64,000 nt of DNA, taken from the NCBI GenBank assembly GCA_963706595.1, contig OY970166.1, positions 1,344,001 through 1,408,000 of the forward strand, written 5' to 3'. Below, in pieces: positions 62,037-64,000 of the stretch; within the stretch, counting starts at the first letter, position 1, and the number at the start of each line of letters is the position of its first letter. The notes beneath the pieces were generated by a model. That model saw only the letters and a list, made by a program, of their open reading frames with translations. It searched no databases and had not been told where the DNA came from. Position numbers and translations under genes: made by a program. This DNA is from an uncultured cyanobacterium (GTDB taxonomy: Bacteria > Cyanobacteriota > Cyanobacteriia > Cyanobacteriales > Nostocaceae).

Positions 62037-62219
62037 TTATTTCGGCTTTTTATATTTAGAAAGATAATTATGTAGTGCCACAAAAAACATCAGGGTGTAA
62101 CTTGCAAAAATTACAAGACTGAAAGTAACAAAGGTAGGCAAATTAAGCCTTTGGATTACAATTACCATGACAACACTAAAAAATATACTAGCTAGAAAAG
62201 CTAATAAATCTTTATTCAA
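62037..62219 (-). CDS. Small two-TM hypothetical protein
   Basis: 60 aa, two hydrophobic helices, basic tail; AGGAGA SD before the TTG start. Confidence 0.55.
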   Translation of the reverse strand: MNKDLLAFLASIFFSVVMVIVIQRLNLPTFVTFSLVIFASYTLMFFVALHNYLSKYKKPK

Positions 62220-62501
62220 AATTATCTCCTAAATATTAGTTATTACGACTTGCTCTACTCATACTTGATTAATCCGCCTAAATACCGTAAACAATGATAC
62301 GTACAAACCTGTTTACGAGTTTATTTAGATTAGTTTTAGGATTTTAAATAAAATGATTTTTACTCACTTTAAATTAACAATAGAAAGATTCCCGATGATT
62401 TTAAGAATTAGAGAATCTGAAGCTATGCGTATTTGCAATAGTTCGGGAATTAATCTAATACTTAAATAGGTGTATTTATTCCATAAGGGAAAATTGACGA
62501 T

Positions 62502-64000
62502 ATGTATCTCTCTCTCTGGCCTGGTAAACCCTATCCTCTAGGAGCAACTTGGGATGGTAAAGGCACTAACTTTGCGCTATTTTCCGAAAACGCCACAGGA
62601 GTTGAATTGTGCCTGTTTGACCAGCAAGAGCGAGAAACCAGACTAACTCTCACAGAAATTAGTAACTTTACTTGGCATTGTTACGTGCCTTCTATCGTCC
62701 CTGGTCAGCGATACGGATTTAGGGTACACGGTCCCTTTAACCCCCAAGAAGGGCATCGCTTTAATCCCAACAAGCTGCTGATAGACCCCTACGCCAAAGC
62801 ACTAGACGGCGAAATTGGGTTTGGGGAAGAAATGTTTGGCTATCGCTGGGATGATTCTCAAGAGGATTTGGGATTTTCCGAACTGGATGACGCGCACCTC
62901 GTACCCAAAGCGGTGGTAGTGGATGAGTCTTTTGATTGGGAAGGGGATGAACTGCTGCAAATACCTTGGCACGAAACAGTAATTTATGAAACCCACGTCA
63001 AAGGTTTTACCAAGCTACACACAGAAATTCCTGCCAAGCTGCGAGGAACCTATGCTGGACTAGCTCATCCGGCTAGTATTTCTCATCTCCAGTCTCTGGG
63101 TGTGACAGCTGTAGAATTGATGCCCGTCCATCATTATCTCGCATATCCGCGACACTTATTCGATACAGGGCTGAGAAATTACTGGGGTTATGACTCTATC
63201 TGCTATTTAGCTCCCTACCACGGTTATAGTGCTAATTCCGGTCATGGAGAGCAGGTAAAAGAATTTAAGCAGATGGTTAAGGCACTCCACAAAGCCGGAA
63301 TGGAGGTGATTTTAGATGTAGTTTACAACCATACAGGGGAAGGTAATAATTTAGGGCCAACCTTATCTCTGCGGGGGATAGATAATAAATCTTATTATCG
63401 CTTAGTAGATGGTAACGCTCGTTATTATATGGACTTCACCGGCTGCGGTAATTCTTTGAATGTCCGCCATCCCCAGGTGCTGAAACTAATTATGGATAGT
63501 CTGCGTTACTGGGTGCTGGAAATGCACGTTGATGGTTTCCGTTTTGACTTAGCCTCGGCTCTGGCGCGGGAACTTTTCGCAGTTGACAGGTTGGCAGCGT
63601 TCTTTGATATTATTCACCAAGATCCGGTTTTAGCTGAGGTGAAATTGATTGCTGAACCTTGGGATGTGGGTGAAGGTGGCTATCAAGTGGGGGAATTTCC
63701 TCTGCTGTGGTCGGAATGGAATGGTAGGTATAGGGATACTGTGCGGGACTTCTGGCGCGGCGAAGATAGTAGTTTGGCAGAGTTTGCTTATCGGTTTACG
63801 GGTAGTTCTGACTTATATCAGTTAAACGGACGCAATCCGAGCGCTAGTATTAACTTTATCACAGCCCACGATGGTTTTACTCTCAATGATTTAGTGAGTT
63901 ACAACCACAAGCATAATGAGGCGAATGAGGAAGACAGTCGAGATGGGGAAAATCATAATCGCTCTTGGAACTGTGGCGCAGAAGGAGAAACGAATGATCC
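62502..64000 (+). CDS. glgX: Glycogen debranching enzyme/isoamylase (runs off window end)
   Basis: [43 protein letters not shown] and DGFRFDLA. Not in the ORF track because it is incomplete. Confidence 0.97.
   Translation, partial: MYLSLWPGKPYPLGATWDGKGTNFALFSENATGVELCLFDQQERETRLTLTEISNFTWHCYVPSIVPGQRYGFRVHGPFNPQEGHRFNPNKLLIDPYAKALDGEIGFGEEMFGYRWDDSQEDLGFSELDDAHLVPKAVVVDESFDWEGDELLQIPWHETVIYETHVKGFTKLHTEIPAKLRGTYAGLAHPASISHLQSLGVTAVELMPVHHYLAYPRHLFDTGLRNYWGYDSICYLAPYHGYSANSGHGEQVKEFKQMVKALHKAGMEVILDVVYNHTGEGNNLGPTLSLRGIDNKSYYRLVDGNARYYMDFTGCGNSLNVRHPQVLKLIMDSLRYWVLEMHVDGFRFDLASALARELFAVDRLAAFFDIIHQDPVLAEVKLIAEPWDVGEGGYQVGEFPLLWSEWNGRYRDTVRDFWRGEDSSLAEFAYRFTGSSDLYQLNGRNPSASINFITAHDGFTLNDLVSYNHKHNEANEEDSRDGENHNRSWNCGAEGETND

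Noticed and set aside
62287..62300. NtcA site GTA-AACAATGA-TAC upstream of glgX
   Set aside because: It matches the core, but no TAN3T lies at the canonical 22-nt spacing on either strand, so it is too weak to call.
62802..62996. 64-aa minus-strand ORF
   Set aside because: Antisense to glgX.

Overview
This is a chromosomal window from a heterocyst-forming cyanobacterium (Nostocales). The assignment rests on patN, a HetZ-family gene, frequent HIP1 (GCGATCGC) sites, STRR heptamer repeats and a tRNA-Leu(UAA) carrying a group I intron. Most of it is core genome: tsf, rpsB, argG, rpsF, glyA, cinA, ppsA, trpA, ndhL, larC, dam, rbfA, an aphB/cphB bacteriophytochrome operon and glgX. Many MITEs, REP-like hairpins and tandem repeats lie between the genes. 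The most interesting signals are five. (1) A putative phosphate-regulated surface system next to phoX: a small secreted Gly/Ala-rich protein plus a large outer-membrane beta-barrel, with Pho-box-like arrays and structured leaders. (2) A 6S-RNA-like gene upstream of rpsF. (3) An ORF-less 403-bp IS200/IS605-type element with an omegaRNA-like interior inside the rpsB-tsf spacer. (4) A KAP NTPase-GUN4 fusion between glyA and cinA. (5) A PD-(D/E)XK nuclease convergent on the Dam methylase. All calls were made by eye from the sequence and the ORF track; no searches were run.
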